DNA from: Eledone cirrhosa
Lineage: Eukaryota
DNA: 64,000 bases
Reading direction: 5' to 3'
Assembly: GCA_964016885.1 (NCBI GenBank)
Contig: OZ024754.1
Location: forward strand, 45,384,001-45,448,000
This document shows, one piece after another, positions 27,553 to 42,238 of this stretch (the stretch's first letter is position 1; each line of letters opens with the position of its first letter). The position numbers and the translations under genes are program-made. The notes under the pieces were generated by a model. It searched no databases, was not told the DNA's origin, and saw only the letters and a list, made by a program, of their open reading frames with translations.

Positions 27553-29636
27553 TTATATATATATATATATATAAATATATATATACATATATAAATATAT
27601 ATATACATATATAAATGTGCCGTTAAATTGGACACTATATTCAGAAACGTTTTCGTAAATTGTCACCACCTTCGCATCCATGGGAGCCGCTTTATCACAT
27701 GGACTACAATTCTCTAACATTGTCAATGTCTAAAATCCTCAAGCATATTCTCTTTACTGTTAAAGAATTGCATTTTTATATTCGTTTACATAATTTCACT
27801 TTCTTCTCCGTTTACAACAATAACTTTTAAAACCTTCATGAAAGCCAGTGAATGTATTCTTAACCGAATACTATTTACCTAAGCAAACCATTAATATTCA
27901 AATTCAGCTGGCCCAGTATGAAATGAAACAATATGCGTTTCGAAAGTGTTAACATCTCGTTATGACTGTTATTCATATGAGTGTACGTGGAATAAATCTT
28001 TGTTATCTCAATATACATTGAAGAAGAATAGGAAGCAGCTGGGTTGTTTGAAATCCTTTCAAAATTTCATAGAAATATTCATGTCAAATAAACCTTAGAA
28101 TCACCAAATATAAATATGAGCTAAGGTAACAGCATGTAATATGATAAAGGCAGAATTATTGTCATGGACGCTATAGTTTATCCAGGAGTGATACACAAAG
28201 AATTAATTCACATCACAAACTTCCACCATGTTGTCATTTCCCATAAATTAAGGGTTGTTTAATCAACCTCTGTTGGGAACATATTAAACGCTATTATTCC
28301 CATACTTCTATTTACAATAATAAAATTGCTAGATTGAAGTAAACTGCATCCAGTGTCAAATGAATTTGTTTTCACTATAGAAAACTCATTAAAAATCTAC
28401 ACCCATGCAATAAGGTAACGGAATAGATTTTAAGGTGTTTAATAAAATATAAATCGGATTTCAATCTATTCGTATTCCTACTAAACCATCTCCACTTAAA
28501 TCATGATAAAAATGTTGGATAATATGATCAATTTAACAATGATAACCATTTTCCGATATTTACTTCCACTTACAGTAGATCAGGATACATCATGAATATA
28601 GTTTGACTGCTATTTGAGAATTTTTATGATCGGTGTCTCTTATACTATCGGAAGTTAGGGAAGGTTCTGTGATCCCCAATCGGCAAATGAGAAAGGACAC
28701 CCCCACCATATTAAACTGTACATATACTATAGGAACTTCACCTACCGTTTCACTAACGGCTGTCATCTTCAACACATATGCATTCCACCGCTGTATATAT
28801 CACAAACTGAGAGACAATGGCAAACACAATCTTAATGACTTCAAATAATTATATTTCACGAACAGTGACTATTATTTCTACCCGATAGAAGTACACATAT
28901 TTCGGGCAAAGTGTACTGAATACTACTTCTACTCTATGCGTGAAAATGACACTTGAAACTCACCAAGATTTAAACCAAAACTTAAAGTTACATAATAAAA
29001 TCGAAAAAAAGATTGTGTTTGGTTCGCTATCAATTTTACTCTACGCAACTCTTTTAACAATATATGAGATACATCATATAACTAATATCATTATCCTTAA
29101 GTGCAATGTTTTTACTGCTTTCCTCTCTGTTCATTCATACTTAACATATTTCTATCCTACGTCATAACTTAAATAAAGACATCAAATAATAAATACTTAG
29201 TTTAAATATTCTGAATATTTTAATAGAGCCTAGGGAAAACAGAAAAATTAAATCAATATAACTTCTGTAAAATTTGTTATTTTTCAAACCTGATGGCTAC
29301 GCTATCAAATGCTTACATGAAATATAAATGAACACAAATACAATTATCTATGAGATACTACTTAAATATACTGAATAGGACAAGAGAAATCAAACAGAGA
29401 TCGGTCCGCTAACTTAGAAAATAAACATTAACACATGAATGAATTAGACATGCACACTATCAAAGTACACAGTGTTTACAACTGTTTGTAATACCCTTAA
29501 TATACACGAATCTTTAAACAGCAAATACAACAATTAACAAGAAATTGTAATATAAACTAAATGTAGAGACACATAACTTTTCAATCATGTCCGCTTGATC
29601 ACGATTCAAATATGACTAAAGGAAAACGAATAAGGG

Positions 29637-29760
29637 TAATTGTTCCTGCTTTTGGCAAAAAGCCACCAATTTGAAGCAAATGGGAAGGGTTTATGGTACT
29701 TTATTCCACCTACCCAGGAAGAATGAAAAGCAAAGATCACCATGAATGGATTTGAACTGA
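29637..29760 (-). mobile_element. SINE family 1, old degenerate copy
   Basis: TTGGCAAAAAGCCACCAATTTG...GGTACTTTATT...GAATGAAAAGCAAAG...GGATTTGAACT. Confidence 0.6.
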
Positions 29761-29849
29761 TATTTATATGTCACAATTATGTCACAAATCATGTCTTGTC
29801 ATGAGAGCAACAAATATTTCAGGCAACGGAATTGCATGCTCATGAAATT

Positions 29850-30040
29850 AACGGGTGAGCGGCTGAGCATTCCTTACAAACGTGCAGTGATCACTTAGTT
29901 GTCGGGAATATTCAGCCTGATGTAAAATTTGACATGGTTGGCTCCTTGAGTTACAGCTCTATCATATTTTCACAAGTTGAATAAACTGGAACAGAATGAA
30001 ATAATATGCCTTGCTTAAGGTCACAATGTGACTCACGGTC
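29850..30040 (-). mobile_element. SINE family 2 (CORE-like), degenerate
   Basis: AACTGGAACAGAATGAAATAATATGCCTTGCTTAAGGTCACAA is the decayed reverse complement of the core at 37172-37207. The upstream part matches 42585-42676. Confidence 0.6.
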
Positions 30041-30561
30041 CAATAACTGATCTCATGAGCCAAACACCCTATTCAAAAAGCATCGGACAAACTCAGCTAT
30101 AAAAAACACCGACCACTGAATAATATCATACAATAAATGGTCGTAATGAAGCAAAGGTTTTGTGGAAATTTGTGCTGACTTGGTTAAGGATTGATCACGT
30201 ATACCTCCTACAAACAAAGACATTCCAGCCACAGCCATTCCATTAAATATACATTTTTTTATTTAAGATGGGTAAATGTTTACTTGAAGGCTATTTGGCT
30301 GTTATTTTTCGAAAATAGAATGACTACGCACAGGGACGTTCGTTTGCATAGTTTTTACCTAAATATTTTGGTTAAAGTAGAGTATAGATTTGTAGAATGG
30401 ACAATTACATTTTAGTGCTGTGATGGATTCTTCACGTTAATAAAACATTGCTTGATATTACGTTACAGAAGTCATGTACAGCTGTTTTTATATCAGTAGT
30501 TATACTTAACATAATGCCATTTACCATTTACTTTCAAGTAGATACAAAACTAATCAGATGA

Positions 30562-30638
<77 letters not shown>

Positions 30639-31636
30639 CAATATAAATACTGTAATAAGAGTCGATGTTAGGTTATGTGAGTGGGAGATGTCAGAATTGA
30701 AAATACAACTGAAAAATTTACGATATTTCTTCTGGCACTTTATGTTCTGGAGTTTACATATAATACCTAAATATATATAAACAAGTATTAGAAATATATA
30801 ATTCAAATAATAAATCCATCTAAAAATAATCAACCAATCATTCATATCTCAATTGTAACTAAAAACAGCAAACCAATCTACAATAATTTCTACCCGAAGA
30901 ACAGTTGAACCCATTTTTATAATCCATATAATTTCACACCCAATGCATTAGTGTAAGAATATCACACGCAACCTAATATACAGCTCGTTCCTCATCTTAT
31001 TATCTCTAAATTAATTGCTTCCAGGAGAGATTCTTCCGTAATTTGGTTATAATTTTAGACAATGATTGATAAATAGTGCTTAATTCTTATTTGCTTCTCT
31101 TCGGTAATTATTGCTGTGTTTATTTATAATTCTGTATTTATATCTCTAGATCCGTAATTGTATCTCGTTCCACAAAATATAAAAACCATGCGCATACGCA
31201 AGACATGCTATGAAATTGAACATAATTAACATAGATGAACACAGCAAGAGCTTTGTGTATACAAAATCGTTTTCAATTTTTCACACAGAAAGACTGAGTG
31301 AGAAAAAGAGAGAGAGAAATCGGTGAAGAGGAAGAATGAGAGAAAGATTGAGACAGCGAATGAGTTTAAACATATAAATACACGTCACAATTGTAACAAC
31401 ATTTATCTCTCTTCATCTGTGTTTCACATTTGCTGTCTCTGCATTTCTAATTATATCACATCTTGCAACAAAAAGCAGAGACGGACATTTTTCTAACATA
31501 TATATTATGTATGTATTCGATTTTGCCATTTTTGCAAAGTTAGTTTATATATGTATATATATATTATATATATATATGTGTGTGTGTGTGTATGTATATA
31601 TATATATAAGCATATAGATACAAACACTCATAAATG

Positions 31637-31676
<40 letters not shown>

Positions 31677-31857
31677 TGAACTACTTCGCTCAAGATTCAT
31701 TGATAATATATGTCCTCGTTCTTGACTAGTTTTGCTGATTATAATTGTAACAAGAAAATTAGTCCAAATTTGTTGATTTGGATTTACATGCATCTCAAAG
31801 TGTTATCACCATGACAGCACCGCACATTATTGTTTTGACAATTTACTATATATATAA

Positions 31858-31890
<33 letters not shown>

Positions 31891-33486
31891 TATGGGTATG
31901 TATGAATATATATAAATATATATATATATACTATTTATGTGTATTTATATTATTATTCACATACACATATATATATAATATATATGTGTGTGTGCGTGTG
32001 CGCGCGCGTGTGTGCGTGTGTGTGTTGCTGTGTGTGCGTGTGTGTTTGCCCGAACATTTGTATCTTATTAAACATTTTTATGTGTGTATGAATGTATTGG
32101 TTATTTTTTTCTTTAGGCATTTATATATTTCTCTGATTATTCGTTAATTGAATTTGCTTGTAGTCCCACTATATACCTGTATACACATTAATTTCTGCAG
32201 ACTAGAAGGCGATATCAAAATATAAATTGATTTCTTTGCGCTGACCTAGAATAATGTATGAAATAAAATTGTATGCAACGAGCAATAAATTCCACGCCAT
32301 GCAACATACATATAAAATGCAGCTTCGAAAATATGTCATATTATTCTTGTGTCCATGTATACAAATGTGCTAATTTGATCCATGTTTATTGAGATAGTCA
32401 CAAGTCCACGTAAAAATTTCACACTAACATACTACAAATAAATCAGGCAAATTCATAAATATAAATATATGTGTATACAGACATTTGTACATACAGAGAT
32501 ATAACACCTCTCACGTGCTAAAATTCTGTGTCGGCACTATAATGATTATAAGAGAAAAGAATCGTTTTGAGAAAAGTGGGAATCTTCTAAATAATTCTAT
32601 AGTTATTTACTTTAATTTTATATAGCTGTGTACGAGAGAATACTAGGGTATTAGACGATTTTCTTGATTTTGCGTCATACATGCATTTAATATTTACACT
32701 CCTATAAATTCGGAACTATAGCTCAAATCAATCACCTACAAATTTCCTATACATTTCTAAGAGGAACCCAAGAAATTTATGTTTGACTTGAATTGCAGAA
32801 AATAACAGTCAATATTACTCGTAACACATCGCGCGGACTTTAAAAAATATATCTAAGAGGAAACTCTAGTCCCAGATATACCATGCTTTAAAACAAATCA
32901 AGAGAATGCCAGTTGGAGTATGACTTTGGTTATATACATCCACCATCACACCTGGTCTGCACTCAAATATCAATAACAAATGTGTGGCTATTTGATTGTA
33001 CGATACATTATTAATTATACCATTAGAGGATACAATTGTAGCATATATTTATTGAATTTGTAATCTGGGACATGTTCATATATTTCTAAATTAAATTATG
33101 AGTATAATTGAAGAGAAATGAACGTCAGTCGTAAGCGGAGAAACCTTATTTCTGCATGTTCAGGTAGAATGTGGATGAGGAAGGAATCTATCTTCAGAAT
33201 AGAGACTTGGCGTAAGTACTTGCATCATAATATATTCGTTAATGACTAAGCGATAATCTAAACAGCTGTTACATCCCAGAAACCATAATGATCTTCTCCA
33301 TGGATTTCCTAGCGGTTTTCCTGTAAAATGGTATCACTCCGAAAGCGAAGACTTCATCCAAGTTGTGGCGGGAAACACAGGGCCATATTTCCACGTGGTG
33401 TGACAGAATAGCAAATATGTTGATTCAAGTTTTGATTGTTAGCAATATACAGCGACACACACACACACACACACATACACACACAT

Positions 33487-33576
<90 letters not shown>

Positions 33577-33607
33577 CGTTGTGTGTATGTGTGTGTGTGT
33601 GTGTATG

Positions 33608-33793
33608 GAAGAGTCAGGACCACGAAGGGTGAGCTCTTAACGTTTCAACACCTAGTTCCAAATCAGTTTGGAACTAGGTGTTCTACAGGCAACAGCTCAG
33701 CCGTATGGCTCCCGACTCTTTCATAATACTACACTCTAAGTATCGTGTACTCCGTTGAGCAATGTTGTAACTGTTTTTACTGCCTCCATTTTG
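33608..33793 (+). mobile_element. Fold-back element D (distant relative of family A)
   Basis: Perfect 16-bp stem 33647-33682 with TCAG loop, decayed outer arms to 33609 and 33720, tail with GTATCGTGTAC, ends in (TA)n. Confidence 0.7.
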
Positions 33794-33801
33794 ATATATA
33801 T

Positions 33802-33910
<109 letters not shown>

Positions 33911-34749
33911 CTGTGATTGTTTCTTTTTTCAGTTTTCGTCTACCAATCTAATATTTTATTTAGTCACAATTCATCCAAAACTTCTTGTGGGAGATATTTC
34001 AACACTAGTCCCCGATATTGTCGCAATTGTAATCTTCTTATGGTTAGTTGCAGTTTGAATACTACAGCAAGAAATGAGACTATTTTTTAAGACGTAGTTT
34101 TATGAGGTTTAATATATATTTGACAGCTTTCACCACTAGTCTAAATACGTGACTACCGTCTTACTCTGTCATTCGATTATTACATGAATTTCCTGACTGT
34201 TTTAATAGTATTATGTGAGGTACTGTGCATCATTCATTTCCCTCATGTTTTAGCTGCGTAGACAATAAACCAACAAATAAAGACACTTCACACTGAGGTT
34301 ATCAGTTACGTATTATATTACAACAACGGTTCTATATTTACTTAATTGCATATATATATTGAGGAACACACAGAGAAATGCCCACAGGTTACATGGTTAA
34401 AATACAATCAATAGGCTAAATTTCCTTGTATATTGAATCCACAAACTATGGGACATGACATGAAATGCTATCCACTGATTATTAAATCGTAAATGGTAGT
34501 GAAGTGGGCTTTGTGTTTTGTCATGTATTTAAAAGGAACGGCGGAGAAATGTTCGCTAAAGAATAGTTAAGCATGAGTGTAAGTCAGCACCATTTCCTCT
34601 ATGTAGAGAGAAATCTGTCTACGTTTATATATGTAGTTATAGATTTTCTTGTGGCAATTTCGAGATATACACTCGTGTATTCGCATAAATGTTGCAGGCC
34701 TTTTAAGTATATGTCTCTGTTCGCAGACATATCATTATATACATAAACG

Positions 34750-34818
<69 letters not shown>

Positions 34819-34917
34819 GTATGTATATACGTATATATATGCATATAAGTATGTATATATGAATATACATGTATATATGTATATACATGTACATATGTAT
34901 GTGTGTGTGTGTGTATG

Positions 34918-35025
<108 letters not shown>

Positions 35026-35324
35026 CAAAGATCTGAAAAGGGGAATGTGTCTAAATGTATGATTCTAATATGGTAGATGTGTCCATTCCTGTATTATTGA
35101 TAGAATATATATGAAGATCTCTATATGACAAGATATGAATATTCTAATTTACGAAAGTGTTAGAATATCACTGACTTGCATAATTATAAATCTTTATTAA
35201 AATATATGTATTGTGGTCAACACTCGTTACTTGGTTAACGTTGACCAATCACATATTTGGATTATGTGTAACATTGTCTCGATGATATTCAAATTTGAAA
35301 TTCGAAGCCTTCATACAATCGCTT

Positions 35325-35435
35325 CAGAGTTGTTAGATCATTGACGATACATTTTCCATATCCCTTCATTCTGAATTCAAATCCCTCCGATGTCCCCTTT
35401 GTCTTTCATCTTTTTGATATAGAAAGTACCAGTTT
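35325..35435 (+). mobile_element. SINE family 1, old degenerate copy
   Basis: TTCTGAATTCAAATCCC...CTTTGTCTTTCATC...AAGTACCAGT. Confidence 0.6.
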
Positions 35436-36734
35436 AGTGCTGGTGCAGCACTCTGTTTCCTTCGAGTTGTCATGATTACATGGGTACCTAAGACACTTAA
35501 CGAAAGCATAGCACATACAACAAAGTCCTGCCCAATTTACGAGTTACGATGTAATTTTAGCTATCTGTTAGAACCAGTAATAATGTCATTCCTGAAATTA
35601 CAATTTATGTTTACTTGTTTTAGTAAGTGCTAGATGTAGAAGTAGATAGCAATCTGTGGTGTGTAGCTTTATCTTTTCTGTGCAGGTTGTGCTTCTTATC
35701 TGATTGAATGAATAACTTATTAATACTTTAAGTTTTGTTATTTTGAAATTTTTTTATTTTTTTCCTGCTAGCTATTTAGATTCTCTTAAAAGATTATCTA
35801 TCTGATAAGCATACATACAGAGTTTTAGAATACTTATGAACTTTTTTTCTAGGGTGGGCTCCTATTCTTTTTAAAATAATATATGAAATTATTTTTAGTA
35901 TCTTTAACATGTAATTCGTAAGTAAAAATTATTCTCCATATAATTATTTTGATAAAATGACTAGTGTTTTTAAATGTAACATTCTTCGAAATTATAGCGA
36001 TGCTTCGTTTTCATATCTATTCAATGGTGCAGTATAATGTAGTTTTATTACACTCTAATTGACAGAGTGCTCAAAACATAGGAATGTTATATATGCGAGA
36101 ATGACCGCAAAGTATTTACTTTGTAAAGATGGATTTAATTTGAACTCATGTAACAGAGATCCGAGGCAAGTAATTCTATCGAACGCCAAAATATAATCTA
36201 TTATTTCGCTGTGAATGTCAATATTCAAAGCATCTTTCGTCTCTAAACATGAGCTAAATTTTTCACATAATTTCCATTTTTTATTCCCCGCTTTAGATAG
36301 ATATATAGCTAATTGATCCTATAGAACATTTGTTAACAATGACTTTAACCATATATACACCGAATACTAAGCTTTGCAAATATAGAAGATAAAATGTATA
36401 TTTCTAAAAAGCAACCACGAAATGTATATCGCTAACAATCAAAACTTGAATCAACACATATATATATATATATATATGTGGTGGGAAACTACGAAGTAAG
36501 CTTTACAGAATAACGAAGATATATATATTAATTTAACGCTTGATATAGTTGAAGGGTCTTTAGGTTTCTGACGCTAGCCCGTCATCAAAATATTGAATAA
36601 GAAATAAAAGAAGAGATAGTTAAACAGTGGAGAGTGTGAAGAAGAAACTGAAAGAGAAATTGTGAAAAAAAAACCGAGTATGTCTAATCAGTCATTTTCA
36701 ATTTATACATATTAGTTTACACACATGAGTATGC

Positions 36735-37090
<356 letters not shown>

Positions 37091-37308
37091 AGGCGTGTGG
37101 CTGAGTGGTTAGAGAATTGGATTCGCAATCGTAAGGTTGTGAGTTCGATTCCTGGACCAGGCGATGCGTTATGTCCTTGAGCAAGACACTTTATTTCACG
37201 TTGCTCCTTCTACCTGGAGTTGCGACCGATAGATAGTATTAGCAATTGGAAAGACCAACGGAAACATTGTTCCCTCGGTCCGATTTAACGAAAGTCGATC
37301 GTTCCTTT
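37091..37308 (+). mobile_element. tRNA-derived SINE family 2 (CORE-like)
   Basis: A box TGGCTGAGTGG 37098-37108, B box GAGTTCGATTCC 37141-37152, then TGTCCTTGAGCAAGACACTTTATTTCACGTTGCTCC. Confidence 0.85.
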
Positions 37309-37314
37309 TATATG

Positions 37315-37351
<37 letters not shown>

Positions 37352-38920
37352 TTATTAAAATTTGCTCTAAGGTTCTTATATATTTGATATATGTTTATCC
37401 TTATCGAGCCCTCTTTGGATTTTAGTCTTCAAATTTATTATTATAACTATATATATATATATACATATATCAATGATATTAATAAATGGAAACTGTATTT
37501 ATAAAACCATATTTATTCTATTTATATATATATATGTGTGTGTATGTATATATATATATATTTATTTATTTATACATATATATATATATGATTATTGGTT
37601 AAATACATGGATTGGAGTATCAGGTGTATGATATCATCTACAATAATTTATCTTTATTAAACAACATTCCTATGACAATCCTATTACGTTTCAACGATCA
37701 ACCACAACTCAGATATCACCATGTATTTTTCACCAAATTATACTGATAATTGTTGCAACATGATATAAATTTAATGAAGTCTTTACAAAATGAATCTAAA
37801 GCACTGTAGACTTAGATATTATATGAAATAATCTTATTTACGCTGCAAATCTTTAATCTGGGAATAATATTGCTATCTTGTTTACTGATATTTTTTTCTT
37901 TATCCTAGCCTGTTTCTTACAAACTTTGTCTATATCTCTCTTTCAGTTTGTATCCTATTTTTCTTTCTCACTCACCATCTGTTTCGCTATATATATATAT
38001 ATACATTAAGTCATACACATTCATGTGTATATATATATATATATGTGTGTGTGTATGTGTGTTTGTGTGTGTTCGGGTATTTGTAGGTACAGTGTATGTA
38101 TGTGAATAATATTATGTGCAGTGTCAACTAACGCTAAGTTAGTTTAATGCTGCAAATAGTTTTAAATCTTGCGATTTTGGTTATATTTCTGGGTGGTTGT
38201 TTTTACCATCCTCAGTGCAGCTATTATTTCTAGAGATTGTTTTAGTTTACATCATTCATATTCGGGTTATTTCTATTTCTATAGTTTCATATTTTAATAT
38301 TTACTAGACTTACCTGATAGATATAATATAGCCTACGAGAGGGGATAAATACATCAATTAGACTATATCTGTTTTTTCTCGTGGTCTGCAAGCATATCAG
38401 ATCTGTTGACTTCGATCTCCCTAACTGCCCCTATTGGCATATCCGAAAGCATGCTTACTTTGTCATACGCTTTCACCTTTTCAGATATATATTACTACCA
38501 CCATTTTCTGAAGGTATTTCGTATTGTGGCATAACTTCCAGTGTAAGTAAATCACAACTCTATCATGTCTGGATATATTCTTTTGCTAACACCGAGGAGC
38601 CAGATACAATGCAGTTAATTGGTTTTCCCTCCCACCACATATTGTCAATTTACCTCCAGTTTTCTGCTTCATTATGTATTTTTGATGGTTTTATTATGAA
38701 TATTAATTATCATTCTTATTATTAAATTTTAAGTCATTAATACCTAGATTAAGATAATATCTAATACGCGATAGCAATTAATATTATTCAAGTGTTCTGC
38801 ATATTTAATAACATAAGCAAATTGCTAGACTTTCACTCTCCATCTTTTAAAGCTCTCTATTGCACTAAACAACGTAAAATACATTCCATATATTCTATAT
38901 ACATTGTAAGACATGTCGAT

Positions 38921-39010
38921 GTGGAGGCCCATGGCTTAGTAGTTAAATCGTTGATCTTGAAATCGAGTGGCTGTGATTTCGATTTTCATATGTTCACGTT
39001 GCTCCAGTTT
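38921..39010 (+). mobile_element. SINE family 2, degenerate and internally deleted
   Basis: GGAGGCCCATGGCTTAGTAGTTA...GATTTCGATT...TTCACGTTGCTCCAGT. Confidence 0.6.
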
Positions 39011-39851
39011 AGATTGTATTTCCGTGTTATATTTTGAAGTATTCATATCTCCACAGCTTGAAATATATATCAATTTCAGAAGCACCAGAAAATACTTGAG
39101 AGCAAATATTTATTACTTAAACATTCCTGACAACAAAGCATATTCCATCTACAGTGTTATATATATATATTACATGTGTATGTGTGTTTGTGAGCGTGTG
39201 TATGAGTATATGTGTGGGTGTTTGTATACATGCATGATAATGTCTAAGAGTACATATGACCGAGTCCTCAACTTTATTTTCACTTCACATTCGCTCTTTA
39301 AAATGTTTAGCGTTTTTCTTAATCTCTCTAAATTTGCAAATTTTTATAAAATACTTTAAGTGATTCAGGCTCGCGTTCGATGTTTGTTTACATGTCAATA
39401 TCATTTATTGGTAACCATGTGATTGCCCCGCCTATTTTTCTTTGTGTTATCCTCCAAGGTTCTGTAGCAAGGGATGTTGATAAGCCTATCCATATGCAAA
39501 GCATTACCTGCACACATAAAATGAACAATTCTTAGAATCAATCTATGACCCATGTCATAATATATTGCTCATGGTCTTAATTGGTTCAATTTCCATTAAC
39601 ATATCAGCAAAACTAGCCAATCTTTTCATCTGCACCATTTTATTTCGGCCGCTATTATCATCAGCATTTATTTCTTCTTTGCCATTATAGTCTTCTCAAA
39701 TTTTATTGAATTTTTTTTATATCTTGCTCTATTGAAAAATGAATCGTTTTTACGTGATCGTATGGGTTCTTGTTCAATTAGAAATGCTTTGATTTCAATT
39801 CGAAAAATTCTTTACCGCAATCCGAAGCATAGGAGGAAATAATCACACCAT

Positions 39852-40051
39852 NNNNNNNNNNNNNNNNNNNNNNNNNNNNNNNNNNNNNNNNNNNNNNNNN
39901 NNNNNNNNNNNNNNNNNNNNNNNNNNNNNNNNNNNNNNNNNNNNNNNNNNNNNNNNNNNNNNNNNNNNNNNNNNNNNNNNNNNNNNNNNNNNNNNNNNNN
40001 NNNNNNNNNNNNNNNNNNNNNNNNNNNNNNNNNNNNNNNNNNNNNNNNNNN
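39852..40051. other. Assembly gap (200 N)
   Basis: Run of exactly 200 N, probably a fixed-size scaffolding gap. Confidence 0.99.
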
Positions 40052-40618
40052 TGGTAAGTAGAGACGGTGCTGTTGCTGCTGCTGCTGCCATTGATGCTGC
40101 TCATGTTGCTGGTGGTACTACTACTAACAATACGGTTAGTATCAATAACATTTTCATCATTATCATTATTATATTAATGGTGAATGTTCTCTATTAAACC
40201 TGATTATTTCTGCAAATTTAAAAGAAATTACGTTCGTTTATAAGTGTTTTCTTTTTATTTTCCGTATATATATTTTCTCCTGTCATGTCGGCATTTTCTC
40301 TCAGCCCTATCACCGTCTCTACTTACCAATCCTTCTATTCTTTTTCATTTACCCTCTTCACGATGGCTACAACTCTTATGTTGGCAAAGATTGCTCATGT
40401 ATCCTTCTTCGTTGCTTGATACAAACTTATAGCAAGAGGTAATTTCCGGATAGAAATAATAGTTTGAAACAAGACTTTTATTCAGCAAGTTACAAATTGG
40501 AACAGTTCACAAAAACAACTAACCAGGGAGCTAACCATTATGTCACTGGTAACACCACCGTCACCCCATCAAACGAATGTCTCTTCCCTCCCTCTCTCTC
40601 TCAATATATATATATATA

Positions 40619-40821
40619 GTTAGAGAAGCAAAACATTGCTTATTGTGATCCAGTTCTTGGTTAAGAAAGCCAGTTTCATGGATGGTTTCAAAGTACGGTT
40701 AGGGGTAACTCCACACGTTTGTAAGAATTCCGTTCAATCTTGGAGTATAAAGTATAAAAGAGAAAACACAGGTAAGCATTAAGAGAAGCATTCTCTTAAT
40801 GCTTACCTGTGTTTTCTCTTT

Positions 40822-40825
<4 letters not shown>
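40619..40825. mobile_element. Fold-back element E in (TA)n
   Basis: Perfect 35-bp arms 40753-40787 and 40791-40825 around GCA. Unpaired extension 40619-40752. TA tracts on both sides. Confidence 0.7.
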
Positions 40826-40854
<29 letters not shown>

Positions 40855-40883
40855 GTATATATATATATATGTATATATATATG

Positions 40884-40946
<63 letters not shown>

Positions 40947-41003
40947 GTATATATATATATGTATATATATATATGTATATATATATATATGTATATATAT
41001 ATG

Positions 41004-41050
<47 letters not shown>

Positions 41051-41065
41051 GTATATATATATATG

Positions 41066-41112
<47 letters not shown>

Positions 41113-41283
41113 GTATATATATATATGTATATATATATATGTATATATATGTATATATATATATGTGTATATATATATATGTATATATATATATATGTAT
41201 ATATATATGTATATATATATATGTATATATATATATGTATATATATGTATATATATATATGTATATATATATATATGTATATA

Positions 41284-41326
<43 letters not shown>

Positions 41327-41413
41327 GTGTATATATATATATGTATATATATATGTATATATATATATATGTATATATATATATGTATATATATATGTAT
41401 ATATATATATATG

Positions 41414-41462
<49 letters not shown>

Positions 41463-41479
41463 GTGTATGTATATATATG

Positions 41480-41510
<31 letters not shown>

Positions 41511-41520
41511 TATATATATG

Positions 41521-41552
<32 letters not shown>

Positions 41553-41553
41553 C

Positions 41554-41602
<49 letters not shown>

Positions 41603-41603
41603 C

Positions 41604-41698
<95 letters not shown>

Positions 41699-41709
41699 CA
41701 TATATATAC

Positions 41710-41772
<63 letters not shown>

Positions 41773-41773
41773 C

Positions 41774-41804
<31 letters not shown>

Positions 41805-41819
41805 CATACATATATATAT
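40822..41819. repeat. ~1-kb (TA)n array with TG then CA interruptions
   Basis: Direct reading. Confidence 0.95.
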
Positions 41820-41901
41820 GTTAAATCTGTGTTGGAGCTCTGAAATAACAATGTATATATGAATGTACATAACTAATGAGATGTACAACTGAAAGACCAT
41901 A

Positions 41902-42035
41902 TAATTGTTTCTACTTTTGGTACAAGGCCAGCAATTATGCCAGTGTATTACTGGTACTTTATTTTATCGACCCCGTAAGGATGAAAGGCAAAGTTAACCT
42001 TGGCAGGATTTGAACTCAGACTATAACGGGCCGTG
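41902..42035 (-). mobile_element. SINE family 1 (short form), 5'-truncated
   Basis: Nearly identical to 1628-1760. Confidence 0.9.
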
Positions 42036-42089
42036 AATCGAAAGACTACATAGAAATATATATATATGCGATATTTTTATCTGAATCCT

Positions 42090-42238
42090 TACATACTGTG
42101 TTCAAATCTCGCGATACCGGTTTGCTTTTTCGCTCCCCCTGATTCTATAAATTACCAGCCAAGCACGAGGGTGGATTGAATCGACTTCTTCCTGCACCAA
42201 AAGCACTGGAATTGTCACTAATTTAGAGACCATTATTA
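42090..42238 (+). mobile_element. SINE family 1 (long form), old degenerate copy
   Basis: CTGTGTTCAAATC...TACCAG...GATTGAATCGACT...TTAGAGACCATTATT. Confidence 0.55.

Noticed and set aside
27210-27635. Minus-strand 141-aa ORF
   Set aside because: Antisense shadow of the plus-strand CRE endonuclease fragment.
37091-37165. Possible tRNA gene
   Set aside because: A/B boxes run straight into a SINE core and there is no clean acceptor stem. It is a SINE head.
39420-39850. ADDNSGRNK peptide on minus resembling the DNCxGQNKN transposase motif
   Set aside because: A single short motif with surrounding stops is insufficient.
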